From IMG/VR virus record IMGVR_UViG_3300022836_000006: DNA of 64,000 bases; one strand, written 5' to 3'. Positions 39,135-51,000 of the stretch are shown here, piece after piece (position 1 is the first letter of the stretch; each line of letters starts with the position of its first letter). The DNA comes from an uncultured virus (IMG/VR IMGVR_UViG_3300022836_000006). Its lineage: Duplodnaviria; Heunggongvirae; Uroviricota; Caudoviricetes. The notes below the pieces were generated by a model. The model had not been told where the DNA came from and did no database searches. It saw only the letters and a list, made by a program, of their open reading frames with translations. Position numbers and translations under genes: made by a program.

Positions 39135-40718
39135 TTAAACAGGTGTTGAAATTTGGTGACCTCTGACAAAGGTGCGAACGACCATCGTCCCGTCGGACTT
39201 GGCCCAAAGGTTCGCAGTAGCAACCTTGCGAGTTGCGAGAGTGCTAGGATTAACCCCAGCTGCAAGTGCTGCACTAGCGACATACGTGGTGAGTGCTCCC
39301 GTGGCGGAGCCGACAGAGGTGGTAGGCGTTCCGCTCGCTGGCACTTGCTCGATGCTGTCAATGACCGTAGTGCCTACGTCAATGACTGGGCCACCGAGGA
39401 TCTGCTCACCACCGGCGGCGCTGGAGTCAGTGTTACCGATGACGATGAAATCGTTTTGCCCGAGGGCAGGAACGGGCGTGATACCCAGCAAGCGGCGGGA
39501 CATGCGGCCTAGACGGTCGCCGGTGGCAAGGGCTGGCTGGTAGTATGGGTCGTCAATGAGTCCGGGCCGTAATATCTTAATGTAGTCTACCTCCCAGTTT
39601 GCGGCTGCGGTAGTGCCCAGACGCAATTGGTTCTGACCTGACCCGTCATTATCAGAAATCGTAAGAGTGCCCGACCACACTTCCCACGCAGGGGTGCTTT
39701 GCGTTAATTCAAGGTCAAGCTCTTTATCTCCGGTGTCTCGCGTGAAGTAAAGTATGTCTCCAGCAGATCCTCCGACCCGACGAGCCCGAAGCTCGTAGTA
39801 AAAGGGATCGCCTACACCAAAGCCTGAAAATCCACCGGTGTCTACCAAACTGTTGTTACCCGAATTAGTAAGTCCATTGCCCGTGATCTGCACGCCGTCT
39901 GTCGTCTCGGCGGTCGTAATACTTACTCCAGTAGTCCACCCGTCCGGCGTGCTGCCAGTAAAGTCTGTGAACTCGCCGTGAGACAACGTGTCTACCGCGC
40001 TACCCGCCTGAGTCGCCCACGTCGGCAGCTCGCCGGTGGTGCCCCACGTTGCGGATTCGTCGGTGCTGAGTGCGCCGATAATTGCTCGCACGTAGGGAAC
40101 GCGGCCAGAGGGCCAATCGAGACCAAATCCCACATACGTTGTCGCTACGTTGTTTGGCATCCAGTTGGACCCAGTGCCGAGAGTCTCTATCGTGAACGAA
40201 CTAGAAACATCGACACCGTTAATTTCAAAACGCGGTTTTGTTGAGCTATTACCTTCGGTGAATATGATAGCAACTGAAAGTCCTTTGACCCCAGAATAAT
40301 CAGCACGAAATCCGCTGTAATTATACCGCTCCCACTGGGTCGAACTTGCGTTGTTTTGCTGAATCCGCAAATTCCCGTCTGTAAATAGACTAAAAATAAA
40401 AACGCCCTCCTCTGTAAAATCTAACGGGAACTGAGAATTTGCATAAAATAATCGAGCGGTGGCACTTATATTAGCAGACGGCACGTCAAGCACTGCCAAA
40501 ATTGTAAGGGGCAAACTCGTCACCGCGCCAATTGCGCCCGGCGTGAGGATCTCACCACGGTTCGCCGTCGCGCCGTCGCTGATGCCGTAGCCTGCCATTT
40601 GCCGGGCGGCGAATTGCGGGCCGACCACGTCCTGAAGCCCAATGCGGTCCCGCATCTGTTCCTGTGATGCCGATTGCATGAATGCATGAATGTCACTGCC
40701 TACTGTAATGTCTGCCAT
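39135..40718 (-). CDS. Fibre/receptor-binding-type protein B
   Basis: Homologue of 18224..19975 with different N-terminus, CBM-like middle and C-terminus. Confidence 0.65.
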   Translation of the reverse strand: MADITVGSDIHAFMQSASQEQMRDRIGLQDVVGPQFAARQMAGYGISDGATANRGEILTPGAIGAVTSLPLTILAVLDVPSANISATARLFYANSQFPLDFTEEGVFIFSLFTDGNLRIQQNNASSTQWERYNYSGFRADYSGVKGLSVAIIFTEGNSSTKPRFEINGVDVSSSFTIETLGTGSNWMPNNVATTYVGFGLDWPSGRVPYVRAIIGALSTDESATWGTTGELPTWATQAGSAVDTLSHGEFTDFTGSTPDGWTTGVSITTAETTDGVQITGNGLTNSGNNSLVDTGGFSGFGVGDPFYYELRARRVGGSAGDILYFTRDTGDKELDLELTQSTPAWEVWSGTLTISDNDGSGQNQLRLGTTAAANWEVDYIKILRPGLIDDPYYQPALATGDRLGRMSRRLLGITPVPALGQNDFIVIGNTDSSAAGGEQILGGPVIDVGTTVIDSIEQVPASGTPTTSVGSATGALTTYVASAALAAGVNPSTLATRKVATANLWAKSDGTMVVRTFVRGHQISTPV

Positions 40719-40730
40719 TTGATTTCCTTC

Positions 40731-40874
40731 TTAGATTGGTTGATAGTAAAGTGCTGATCCGTCTGGTTGCAGGTAGCGATCCGCGCCTCCCGGTTGCAGG
40801 TAGAGTTCCGTTCCGTCCGGTCCCCCTGAGGAGGAATCCATGACTAGATTGAGTCCGACTCCAATGGAGAGCAT
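40731..40874 (-). CDS. 47-aa peptide, putative head-spike/fibre adaptor (not in ORF track)
   Basis: MLSIGVGLNLVMDSSSGGPDGTELYLQPGGADRYLQPDGSALYYQPI; TAATG-coupled to upstream gene. Confidence 0.6.
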   Translation of the reverse strand: MLSIGVGLNLVMDSSSGGPDGTELYLQPGGADRYLQPDGSALYYQPI

Positions 40875-41134
40875 TAGAGTAAAGCAATGATGCTGGTTGC
40901 GGTCGTGCCAGTGCTCTTGATCACGTGGCCACCAATGGGTTGTGCTACCCCGGCAACTACACTCACGAACACGTGGCTGACTCCCTTTTCATCGATGGTG
41001 GCCACGTCGCCACTGATTCCGACATAGATCCCTCGAAAGGGAACGGTCCTGCCGTCTGAGTTGGATAAGACCGGATTGCTGTCGTGCGGTGTTACGTTGA
41101 TCTGTGACCGGGATGATTCGTTGATGTCTCTCAT
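40874..41134 (-). CDS. Head spike base protein, Rcc01079-like
   Basis: VTPHD...RGIYVGISGDV...STGTTATSIIAL pattern. Confidence 0.7.
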   Translation of the reverse strand: MRDINESSRSQINVTPHDSNPVLSNSDGRTVPFRGIYVGISGDVATIDEKGVSHVFVSVVAGVAQPIGGHVIKSTGTTATSIIALL

Positions 41135-41149
41135 GATTTTTTTGGTAGG

Positions 41150-42055
41150 TTAGACTGCAATTCTGTGAGCGATGATATGTCCTGATGGCCCTTCTGCGCT
41201 GCCCACGTCTAGCTGCTGTGCCTCGCAGAAAACTTTGAACCGGACTACATGGGTCTCTCCCGCAGGAATCGTGATGGTTCCACTCACATTGAGACCTGTT
41301 CGGGTCTGTGCTTCATGGACTGCTGGGCCACCCCCAAACGCTACGTCATCCGTGTCGTCATAGAACTGAGCCCACACTGTATCTGCGGCATCCGAGGTGC
41401 GGGCGGTGACCCCGCCTGAAAGTATCCACTTGCCCTCGGTCAGCTCCACATAAGGAGCGCGTTGGGCATCGAACACCACGTCCGCACCAGACCCCCCTCC
41501 CTCCTTGGTCACATTGATAGCATCAGCAAGGCTACTCTCCACGGTGAGCGACCCATCCACGGTGCCGTCATCCTTCAGTGACAGGACTGTTCCCGTTGAA
41601 TCCCAGCCAAGGAGCTTATTCGCCCGGGATGCTGCTGCTGCGAGCTGCATGTTGGCACCACCAATCTCTTGGGCCGGTAGGCGCAAGCTGCGTGTCAGGA
41701 TCTCCTCAAGGCGCTGGATGGTCATGGCTATTGAGTCGAGTGCCAGCTCAACCGTGGCGCTTGGGTATCGGCCAAGGTTGTCAAACGTCTGCTCCTGCTT
41801 CCAAGGGATCAACCGAAGGATGGTGATCGCTGATCCAATGATCAACCCATTGCCACTTGTGGGCACTGTGGTCAGGGTGCCACCTCCCGGCGCTCCCTCG
41901 CCTGAAAGGGTGTAGTCAGTGGTCTCAACGAGCACCGTGCCGTCACTTTTGATGAGCAGCACGTGGGAGGCATCCACGAAATAAAAGATGGCGATGTCTT
42001 GAGCAGCTGATGTCAGCGTCACATCTACACGGTTGGTTTCGGATGATAGGCTCAT
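41150..42055 (-). CDS. Tail fibre protein with T7 gp17-like N-terminal adaptor
   Basis: DYTLSGEG..GGTL, ITILR, ELALDSIAMTIQ; follows internal virion genes. Confidence 0.75.
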   Translation of the reverse strand: MSLSSETNRVDVTLTSAAQDIAIFYFVDASHVLLIKSDGTVLVETTDYTLSGEGAPGGGTLTTVPTSGNGLIIGSAITILRLIPWKQEQTFDNLGRYPSATVELALDSIAMTIQRLEEILTRSLRLPAQEIGGANMQLAAAASRANKLLGWDSTGTVLSLKDDGTVDGSLTVESSLADAINVTKEGGGSGADVVFDAQRAPYVELTEGKWILSGGVTARTSDAADTVWAQFYDDTDDVAFGGGPAVHEAQTRTGLNVSGTITIPAGETHVVRFKVFCEAQQLDVGSAEGPSGHIIAHRIAV

Positions 42056-42096
42056 GGCGGTATCGACAAGCTGGATGCGTTTTTTCGGGATTGCGA

Positions 42097-45000
42097 CTAT
42101 CGATTGCGCTTCGATCCTTCACGCTCTTCACGCCGCTTCTGGATCTTGTCCGCGCCTGCACCGAAATGCCAGTAATACGGTGATCCAGCGAACGGGAGAA
42201 TGCGCCAGAAGTCGAAGTCCCCGGGCTTAATTTCATCACCGTCCTCGATCTTAGACCATGAATCAAATAGGTCCATGACCGGGAACTGGATGAATGGTGC
42301 CGGCGGCAATGCGAGCAGGGCCACCGACTCAATCGGGTTTTGCCTGTAGCGGAAGTTCCACAGATGCCAGCGACTCACTCCAGAGAGCTTGAATAGGTTG
42401 TCCACCATCAGGTCACTGAGCTGGGGATCTCTGCCCATCAGCCAATCCTTGAGCCAGTCAACCGGGACGTTGATCAGGTAGAGCACTCCCATCAGTCGGA
42501 TCAGGTTGGCCATGCCCTGTGCCTTCTGACTGGCGTTGCCCGTAACCATCATGTCGATACCCTCACGACGGAAGGCCTCGAGTTGCTTGAGAGTGAATGT
42601 CTTGAGCATGTAGAACACCCGACCATTTGGATTGGTGAGGTAGGATTCTGGATACTCCGACAGGCTGATCGGTTGGTAGTCGGCCAGCGTGCTGTAGACC
42701 GCGAACAGGACGTCCGAGGACTCCTTGCCAGCTGCGAGATCCGCCACCACCTGTGCGCCTTGCGCCTCACCAAACGAGGTGTTGATGCGGGCGATGGTCT
42801 TGGGACTCAGTTTCCCCTTCTTGGCTTCACGCTGCATGCTTCTCAGCTTCGCGTTGACCAAGGTTTCCTTACCGATCCGGTCGATGTAGCTCAGGCCCGT
42901 CAGCTTGAACGTCATCTCCAGAGCGCGGTTCATCTTGGTCTTATCCCGAAATTCTTCGGCGATGTTCTCGATGCCCATAGTTTCCTTGGTGACCTTCGAC
43001 TTACCTGCAACCGCAGTTCCAGCCGCAATGGCAGTGTCCCAGACTCCTGACTCGTAGATGGAAAACGCGAGATCGCCCAGCTGAGTGAGTGCCGATGTGA
43101 CCTGCCCCATGGTGGTGATGTAGCCAATGGTCTTGAACATCTTGATGACACCACTGGTGATGCCTTGGTTGAATCGGCCTTCCAAGATCGCGATCACTTC
43201 ACGCTGACTTTGGCCATCCAGCTCTCCACTGGATACCAGCGAATCAACCAGCCCGCCGATGGATGCATCTAGGGCCAGCTTCTTGCTCGACTTAACTCCA
43301 CTGATAGTCGGGGTATCCACGGCGTAATTACCGAAGAATCGGCGCTTCTCGATGGCGGCATTGGTGCTGTCGATGTAGCCAAGCAGGGCTTGGATCGAGT
43401 CTGCGTAGAATGCGTTGGCATCCACATCGACGACGTCCGTCTTGCGTCCCTTGAAGTTGCCCGGGATCGATCCCTTGCGACCGAGTCCTTGCAGGGTTCG
43501 GTTGACTACCTCCATGCGTTCTTCGTCGGTCAGGACTCTGCCCATCAGTGCTGCCTTCTTCGATGCTTCCTTAACTGCACGATCTACCACGCCACCTTCT
43601 GGCTTCCCGTAGTAGTGTGCTCGGAGTCCATCGAGGTCCATGACCTTGCGCGGGAAGTAGTCGGTGAGCTCACCAATCTCGTATCCTGCGGCAAGGCCTC
43701 GCTTACGGGTGTCTGCCAGCACTGCTTGCACTTCTGCGTAGGCTTCGCGTAGATCAAACGCCTGAAGGATCTGGTCCCGGGTTTGCGTGTCACCATTCTT
43801 TAACGCGAGATCCAAGATCAGTGCTTCGTTCTGACCCAACTTGGCGAATGCATCGACGAACGGTTTGATCTTGTCGAAATCCGCCTTGATCGCTCTGCCC
43901 GTGTCGAACTCGAAGCGACGAAGCCGGGCCGCAAGGGTGGGTGCGAATCGATGTAGCCGGCCGGTGATTGGAATGAGTAGGCGAGCAGCCATGCTGGACT
44001 CTGCCGTGCGCTTGGCACGCTTCACCCGGGTGGGGAGTGTCTCACCCATCCTGATACGCCGGACCAGCTCTGCCGTGGCATCCTGTGCCTTGCTGCGGAT
44101 CTTCTCAGCATCAGCCTGCAATGACTGCTCTTCGTTCTGAGGCACGCCTGTCAGGCCGAACACCACGTCCTCCTTGGATACCAAGCTGAAGGTGGAGTCT
44201 TCGTTGTCTGACAACTCCTCTTCCATGTCATCCAGTTGGTCCTCTGCATCACGACGGCTCACCATTGCACCATCCAAGTAATCGGCAGGCTTGGCCGCAC
44301 CTTTGGCGACACCGTGGTCTAAGAATAGATTCTTCTCACGATACCACACGATGGCCTGCATGTCTGCCACGGTGAGCTTGAAGCCGAGATCCTTCAGCTT
44401 CTGCTGAGCATTCAGCACGATGGCTTCGAACCAACCGCGCTCCGTTTTGTTTTGGGGAGCTGCCTTCATGCTGGCGTGGATCTGGATGGTGCGGGCTGCT
44501 TTCTCAATGGCATACCCATCGGCGAACTTGGCGTATCCCTTTTTAGCATACTCATTCTTCTGACTCCATCGGGTAAACAGCTTAACCGCCGCTCGGACAG
44601 TGTGCTCACCACCACGGTTGGCTTCCTTCATGTCCAAGCCATAGGTGCGAGTGCCGGGCTTGTTCAGCTCTGCACGGAATGCTGCTACCATCTTCTTTGA
44701 TTTGGGTGTATCCAGAGGCAGGACCGACTCACCAACGTAGCGATGCATCGTGCGGGTATACCACAGATCCATGGTGATGGTATCGAAGCGCCCACGGAGG
44801 TTGTTGAAGAACGATCCGATCTTGGGACCAAGCACTCGGTTACCTCGCACAATCTCCGAAAGGGTGACCCCATCTGGAGCTGCCCCGAACATCTCCTTCA
44901 GTTGTCCGCCGGTCACTTCCTTGTCCATGAACTCGCGGAACCCATCGAGGCCATACTCCGCGATGATGCTATTCATCGTTGCGAGGTTGTCGTTGATCGG

Positions 45001-48000
45001 TTTCTTGGCGGCGGCGAACTTGGTGTCAGTCGGCAGGACTCCGTTCTTCTTGTAGCTTTCGTAAACCTTACGCGCATACTTGAAGTTCAGGATCACATTG
45101 TTGCCCTGTGAGGTCGCTGCCAGTGCTCCAATAAAGACGGTCATGGCATTAGGGTCTTCGGAGAACTCTGGAAAGATCTTCATCAATTCCCTGAACGTCT
45201 CTTGCACCCGCTCATCATACCACCCCATCCCTGAACCGTCAGTGCTTAGTCCATCAATGATGTCATAGGCCAGCGTGGTCCCACCATTGGTGATGCCCTC
45301 TTGGCTTCCTACTTCGTAGGCACCGACCTCGGTGTTTTCCTTGAACCGGGCATCTAGCCACAGACCGTAGTCGCGGATGGTGTCGAACTTGATTGAGCCC
45401 AGTTCTTGATCGATCTTCGCCGCCGACTCTGGAGGAACAGGAAGGGACTTGAGCACCTTCTTGGCTTTGCGGGCGACCTTCGCCGCTGCCGCCTGCTTCT
45501 TTATTCTCCGCTCTGCTCTAGATACAACTTCGTTGAGGGCTTCTTGCTGTTGCCCGGCAGGGAGCTTGCTTGCACGAACCCGCGCCTCTCCAGCGATGCT
45601 TTCATATCTGCCACGCTCATCGGATGGGAACTCGGCCCGGCCCTGCCCCTGCGTAGGGATCTCCCCAACGCTAATGCTTCCTTTCTTGGTTGCTTTCTTA
45701 ATAAAGGCTTCGACATGTCCATGCATCTCATCATCTGGGGACTTTAAGACAAGTGTGAATCGTCGGTTGGCTACGTCGTAGCTGAAGGCGGGCACCTTGC
45801 CCCGGTTCCAGTCCTTCGCAATAGCGGTCGCTGCTGCATCATTGGCCACGGTGAAGGTAATGATCTGATCCGGCCCGTTCTCGTCGTCTTGCCACACTAG
45901 CGCCGAGTTCTGAAGCTCTGGTGCGCTTGCTGCCACTAGTCCGGCCATCTCTGCACCGATTTCCATGTCGTCGGTGTCAAACTCGACCACTTCCGGCACC
46001 TCAAGGCTCACTTTTCCTCGCTCGGTCCATCCACCGATGACCGGGAAGCGGGCGGTGATCTTCACACCATACGCTGCTGCCACGTCATCGAAGATCTGCT
46101 GAAGGTGGATGAACTTTGCCGATCCTGATCGCTTGAGCAGTTCGGCCTTGGTCAGTTTCGGCACCGTATCCACTCGGACGGGTGCGACGGTGACACGGAG
46201 GCTGAACGACGTGTCGGCTACGTCAGGATCCACCGACTCGCGAGGGTTGATGTGGTCACCTGCGTTACCTGCTCGACCATCAAGCCATGTCCATTCCGGC
46301 ATGAGCCCCGTCTTCTGCTCAGCGAATACCGTGTCGAACACCTTTGCCGTCTTGTTGGTTTCGCCATGCGGCCCGAAGTTAAGCCAGCTGTTCTGGCCCC
46401 GGGTCTCGCTGGTGAGAGCACCCACGGCGCTTCCCCTGAACAGGCGGACGTGTGCCTGCCATGCGTTCTCCTCACCCCGGGCACGGAAGCCTGCTCCCTC
46501 GATACCATGGCCAAAGGCATCATGGACTGCTCGGAACAGGTCATTAGCCAGCACTCGCTTCATTGGCCCATCCTTACCGAAGCGCCACGTGATCCCGGTG
46601 TCCGACAGTAGGGGGTTTTCTGAGGTATCTACCGTGGTGGATTCATCGCTACCAAACCCAGCCTCCGTGGCGTAGACTGCCATGCGCTTGTTGGCCCGCA
46701 GGTCACGCATCGCATTCCATGGGTTGCCGGCGTAAGGATCGTTGCTGTCATCGACCAGATAGAACTCGTAGCCAGCTGCCTCAAGGGCGCGATACTGGGC
46801 GGCGGTCTGGGTGATCAGGTTCTGGTAAGCCTCTGCCACCACCGGGTCACCCGGGGCGTGCTTCATCTTGTCGTAGGCCTGAGCGATCTTCGCCGCTCGG
46901 TCTTTGTCTACGTGAACGAACTCTGCCTGACGGTGAAGAGGGAGGCCAAGGCTCTTGGCATACTCCTCCACTACACTGACGAGGTTCAGGTCCGGTCCGG
47001 TCGCGCCTTCAATAGCTGGCGCACCTTCAAGCGGCGTAAGGACTCCGCTGCCGTATCTTTCTGCTCCGTCTGTTCCGGTGTCTCCGGTAGTGCGTCGGGC
47101 ATTGGCTGGCTGAGAGTCTCCTGTAGTTCCTTTGTCATATCTTGGGGTCCGTTGTGCCCCAGTGCCATCCGGTTGTCCATCACTGTCTCCAACAGAGAAG
47201 GTGATGTCGGGATTGGCTGGATCGTAGGTGCCACGGTTGCCGGTGGCGCTCTTGATCTGAGTCGGCTCGAAGACAACAAACATCGAAGTGCCTGCAGCCT
47301 TTCCGGTGCCGGTAACAACGATGCCGTCGTGCCCACCCCGCTTGGCCTTATCCTGTATGTCCTGCCAGCTCTGATCGTAAAAAGACTGAGGCCACTTGCC
47401 GCCCGACTTCCGAACATACGGGTTAGTAATTCTAAGATACACCGGGACGATATTCTCCCTCGCATTGGCTCTGGCGTCCCAGATACCTGCCTCAAAGGCG
47501 GAATCTTCTGCCTCCAGCGGGTTGGTTGTGAAGAAGAAACCTTCGCGTCCCTCAAACTGAGATGACGACGGTCCATCACCTTGGCGGCTTTTGTTAAACT
47601 CTGCGAAGGACGATGACGTCCCATGGTAAACCACTTTTGGCTTTCCGGCATCATTCACGACCTTGCTGTCCCCAAACCACTTGTTGAATGCAGGCGATCC
47701 AACAGAGAAGGTGATGTCAGGATCGACTGGATCGTAGGTTCCTCGGTTGCCGGTGGCGCTCTTGATCTGCGCGGGCTCGAAGACGACATAGATTGTCCCC
47801 TCTTCCCCCCCAGTGCTATCTGGTCCGCCGTCCGACACGTTGTGGATGATGAGCCCATCTGCCTCCATATCCCTAGCGTCCCGAGCCCAACTGTCAGTGG
47901 ATTTTCCCCAAGACCTAGTAAACTTCGATGCCTTCCCTTCGTCTACTGCCGCCTGCGCTTCACTTTCCGTGTAGACCGTGTCGAATGTATCACCATCTTC

Positions 48001-51000
48001 GTCGAAGAGATCGAACCCTTCCGATATGTCGTCCCAATTTTGCCCCTTGGCGTCGATAATGATAGGGTCTTTAAGCGCCAAATAAACTTCGTAAACCCCT
48101 GAGAAAGCCTCTGGCTGCAAGTTATCAACTGCTTCGTCCAGAGCGTCCTCCCGGGAGGATCCCTCGAAGGTTTCCCCGTCAGGATTCGTCGCAATCCATA
48201 TGTCATATCTTTCGTCAAATTCCACTTCAATACCGTGGCGTTCTGGGTCTTTTCGGATTTTCTCCAACGAAGGTGGATCCTCAACGCCGCTTCTACCCGA
48301 ATACGTTTTTGCAGTGAACAGATCATCCGTGAAAAAGGCACCTGTTCTGGCAGTCTTACCCTTTCCATCGGTGTCAAATTCCGTGAATCCCAGCTGAGTG
48401 CTCCCATGGTAAACCACTTTTGGCTTTCCGGCATCATTCACGACCTTGCTGTCCCCAAACCACTTGTTGAATGCAGGCGATCCAACAGAGAAGGTGATGT
48501 CAGGATCGACTGGATCGTAGGTGCCACGGTTGCCGGTGGCGCTCTTGATCTGAGTCGGCTCGAAGGCAACGTAAACCGGGAAGGAAATAGCCTTCGGGTC
48601 ATCACGGTCTAGGATCTTCAGCCCTTGGGTCTTATGGACTTTTTTAGCGGTTGTTTCACGTGTGATTATTCCATCATAGCCCTGACGTTGAAGATCGAGC
48701 TTAGCTGTCGGGCTGATGTTCCCACTGAACCCTCGGGCCGCGCCGAATGTCTGCCCTTTCTCGATATAACGGGCAAGGTCATCCACGTGATCTACAACGA
48801 GTGGATTCTTGATGCTAAGATAGACCGGGATCGACTTCGGTTGGTTGGGTTCTCCCCGGTATGATTGATTTGATTGGAATCGTTGTCCGTATTCCGTGAA
48901 TAAATTAGCACCTGTAATGTCGGAAAAATAGAACCCGTAGCCTGCTTTACCAAACCGTTGTTCACTTACGTCAAAGCTGCTGATTCCGCCATCAGCCGAA
49001 AATACGTTTCCATGGACCACCACTTTCGGCTTTCCGTCAGCGTCCACCACCTTGCTGTCTCCAAACCACTTCTTGAATGCTACTGAGTTCGTAGCCGGTG
49101 CCACGCTGAACGACACATCCCCGTAGCCCTCTTCATCAAGGATGCGCTGAGCCTGCACACTGATCTCTGCGGTTATGCCGTAGACTGGCTCGATCTCTGC
49201 CTGAGCCCGTTGCAGCATGATGGCAGTCAGCTCTTCCTCACGGGACAGCTTGTGCTTCAACCGCTGGTAATTCTCCAGTGACTCACGCTCTGCCGCTTCG
49301 GGCTTGATCATAGCAAACACCTCTTCCAGTTCCGCCTGCTTCTTCGCCCTCCCCCGGTCTACTGCTGCTGCCACTGCCTCTGCTTTGGGAGTGAGGCCAA
49401 GCGCACCCTTGAGCGCCTGCTCTAGCTCGGTATTCAATTTACCATCACGCTGCATCTTGGTCATCTTCGCGGCCATCTTCATGACCTGCCTGAGGTGATC
49501 ACCAAGCATGCGAAGGAACCCACCCCAGCTCTTCGGCATGTTGTCTGCCTTGCGGTTGCTCACTGCGTAGTCGACGACCCGGGCGCTGAACCATTCCACC
49601 AAGCCCTGCTTGCTGTTGGTGCCGGGGGCAATCCCTGCTTTCGCATCGTATTCGGTTCTCCATGACTGAAGCTCATCGAGACTCAAGTCACCAATCTTCA
49701 GGCGCTTCTTCACGTAACCCTCTGAGACTTCCTCGATCACCGTGAATGCGTTGCCGCCTCTCCAGATCTTGGATACATCAGTCTCCACGTTGTTACGGTA
49801 TTCGGTGATATTGTTTCCCAGAACTACCATATCCCGTGGGTTCGTGCCCTCTGGGATGTTGGCACCGTTCTCGATGGCGATCTTCATGCGCTCCTCTGCC
49901 TTCTTTATGTCGGCCAAACCTGCGTCAATGAAGTCACCCATGGTTCGCTCCTCCTCCTCGAACTCGATCACCTTGGTCTCGTCATCGAATCGCTTGGTGA
50001 GTTCGTTCGCCACCTCCTGTGCCGCTTTCTTGGATACCTGCGCTTTGAACCGCTCCAAGAACTGGACGTGCTCTTGATTCGAGAGGTTGATGGCGAAGAT
50101 ATTTCCTTCCTTGTCCTTCAGGACGGGCACCCCTTTGACGTTACCTAAGGTCATGCCCGCTGCTTCCATGCCCTCGGTTGCCGTAAACTGTTCGTTGATC
50201 AGCTTCTTGTTGTATTCCCGCTGAGCGACCACGTCACCATTGACCGCTGCCACCAGTAGCTTGCCGCTCTCTGCGTCTGGTGCGGATGCCATCAGTTCCT
50301 CATCGCTCTTGATCTTGCGCAATGCGTTGAACTCTGGACCTGTTAGCGGGTTGCCGTCCTTGGCTACAACCATGGCACCTTCGGCCTTGGTTGCTGCTGC
50401 GGAGTCCATTGATTCAGCGATGGCGATAGGGCCACCAAACAGAGCGCCCATGGTAGCACCCGCGACCATTTCGAACAGACGGCGCTCTGCTGCATCACCG
50501 GTGATGATCATGCGCTTCTCGTCATAGGTCAGGCTTGCGATCATGTCGCCCCATGCTCCCTGAGCAGGCTCGGTCCATGCTTCACCTATTGACGATTCCA
50601 CGACCCGTTTCCCCACGTTCTTGAGGTAGTCCCCGAACATGACCTTCCCTCCCACCTTGGCTGTGGCTTTCATCGCCGAGGCCAGCACCTTCTCGATACC
50701 TACATACCGCTCAAGGATCATCTGGGGGACCGCAGACGCTAGGTTGGTTGCTACGCCTTGTTGTGGGTCATACGTGCCGCCTTGCTCCTCGATCGCCCGC
50801 TTCTGGTCCATCTCAGCCTCCCCGAAGAACACCGACTCCATCGCTGCCAATCCACCCGGCCCCATCATCCCCAGAACCGCAGTTGCTGGGACACCTCCTG
50901 CCATTTGCGCGAACTTACCGAGGGTCGTTTCCGCGAACTCAGGATCGATCCCGTAGTAGTGGTTCATCTCCTCAGCCATCTCGTAGAGGGTGTCGGAGTT

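Noticed and set aside
18414..40618. Diversity-generating retroelement TR/VR pair in the fibre repeats
   Set aside because: No reverse transcriptase in the window; differences are mostly synonymous third-position changes and not adenine-specific.
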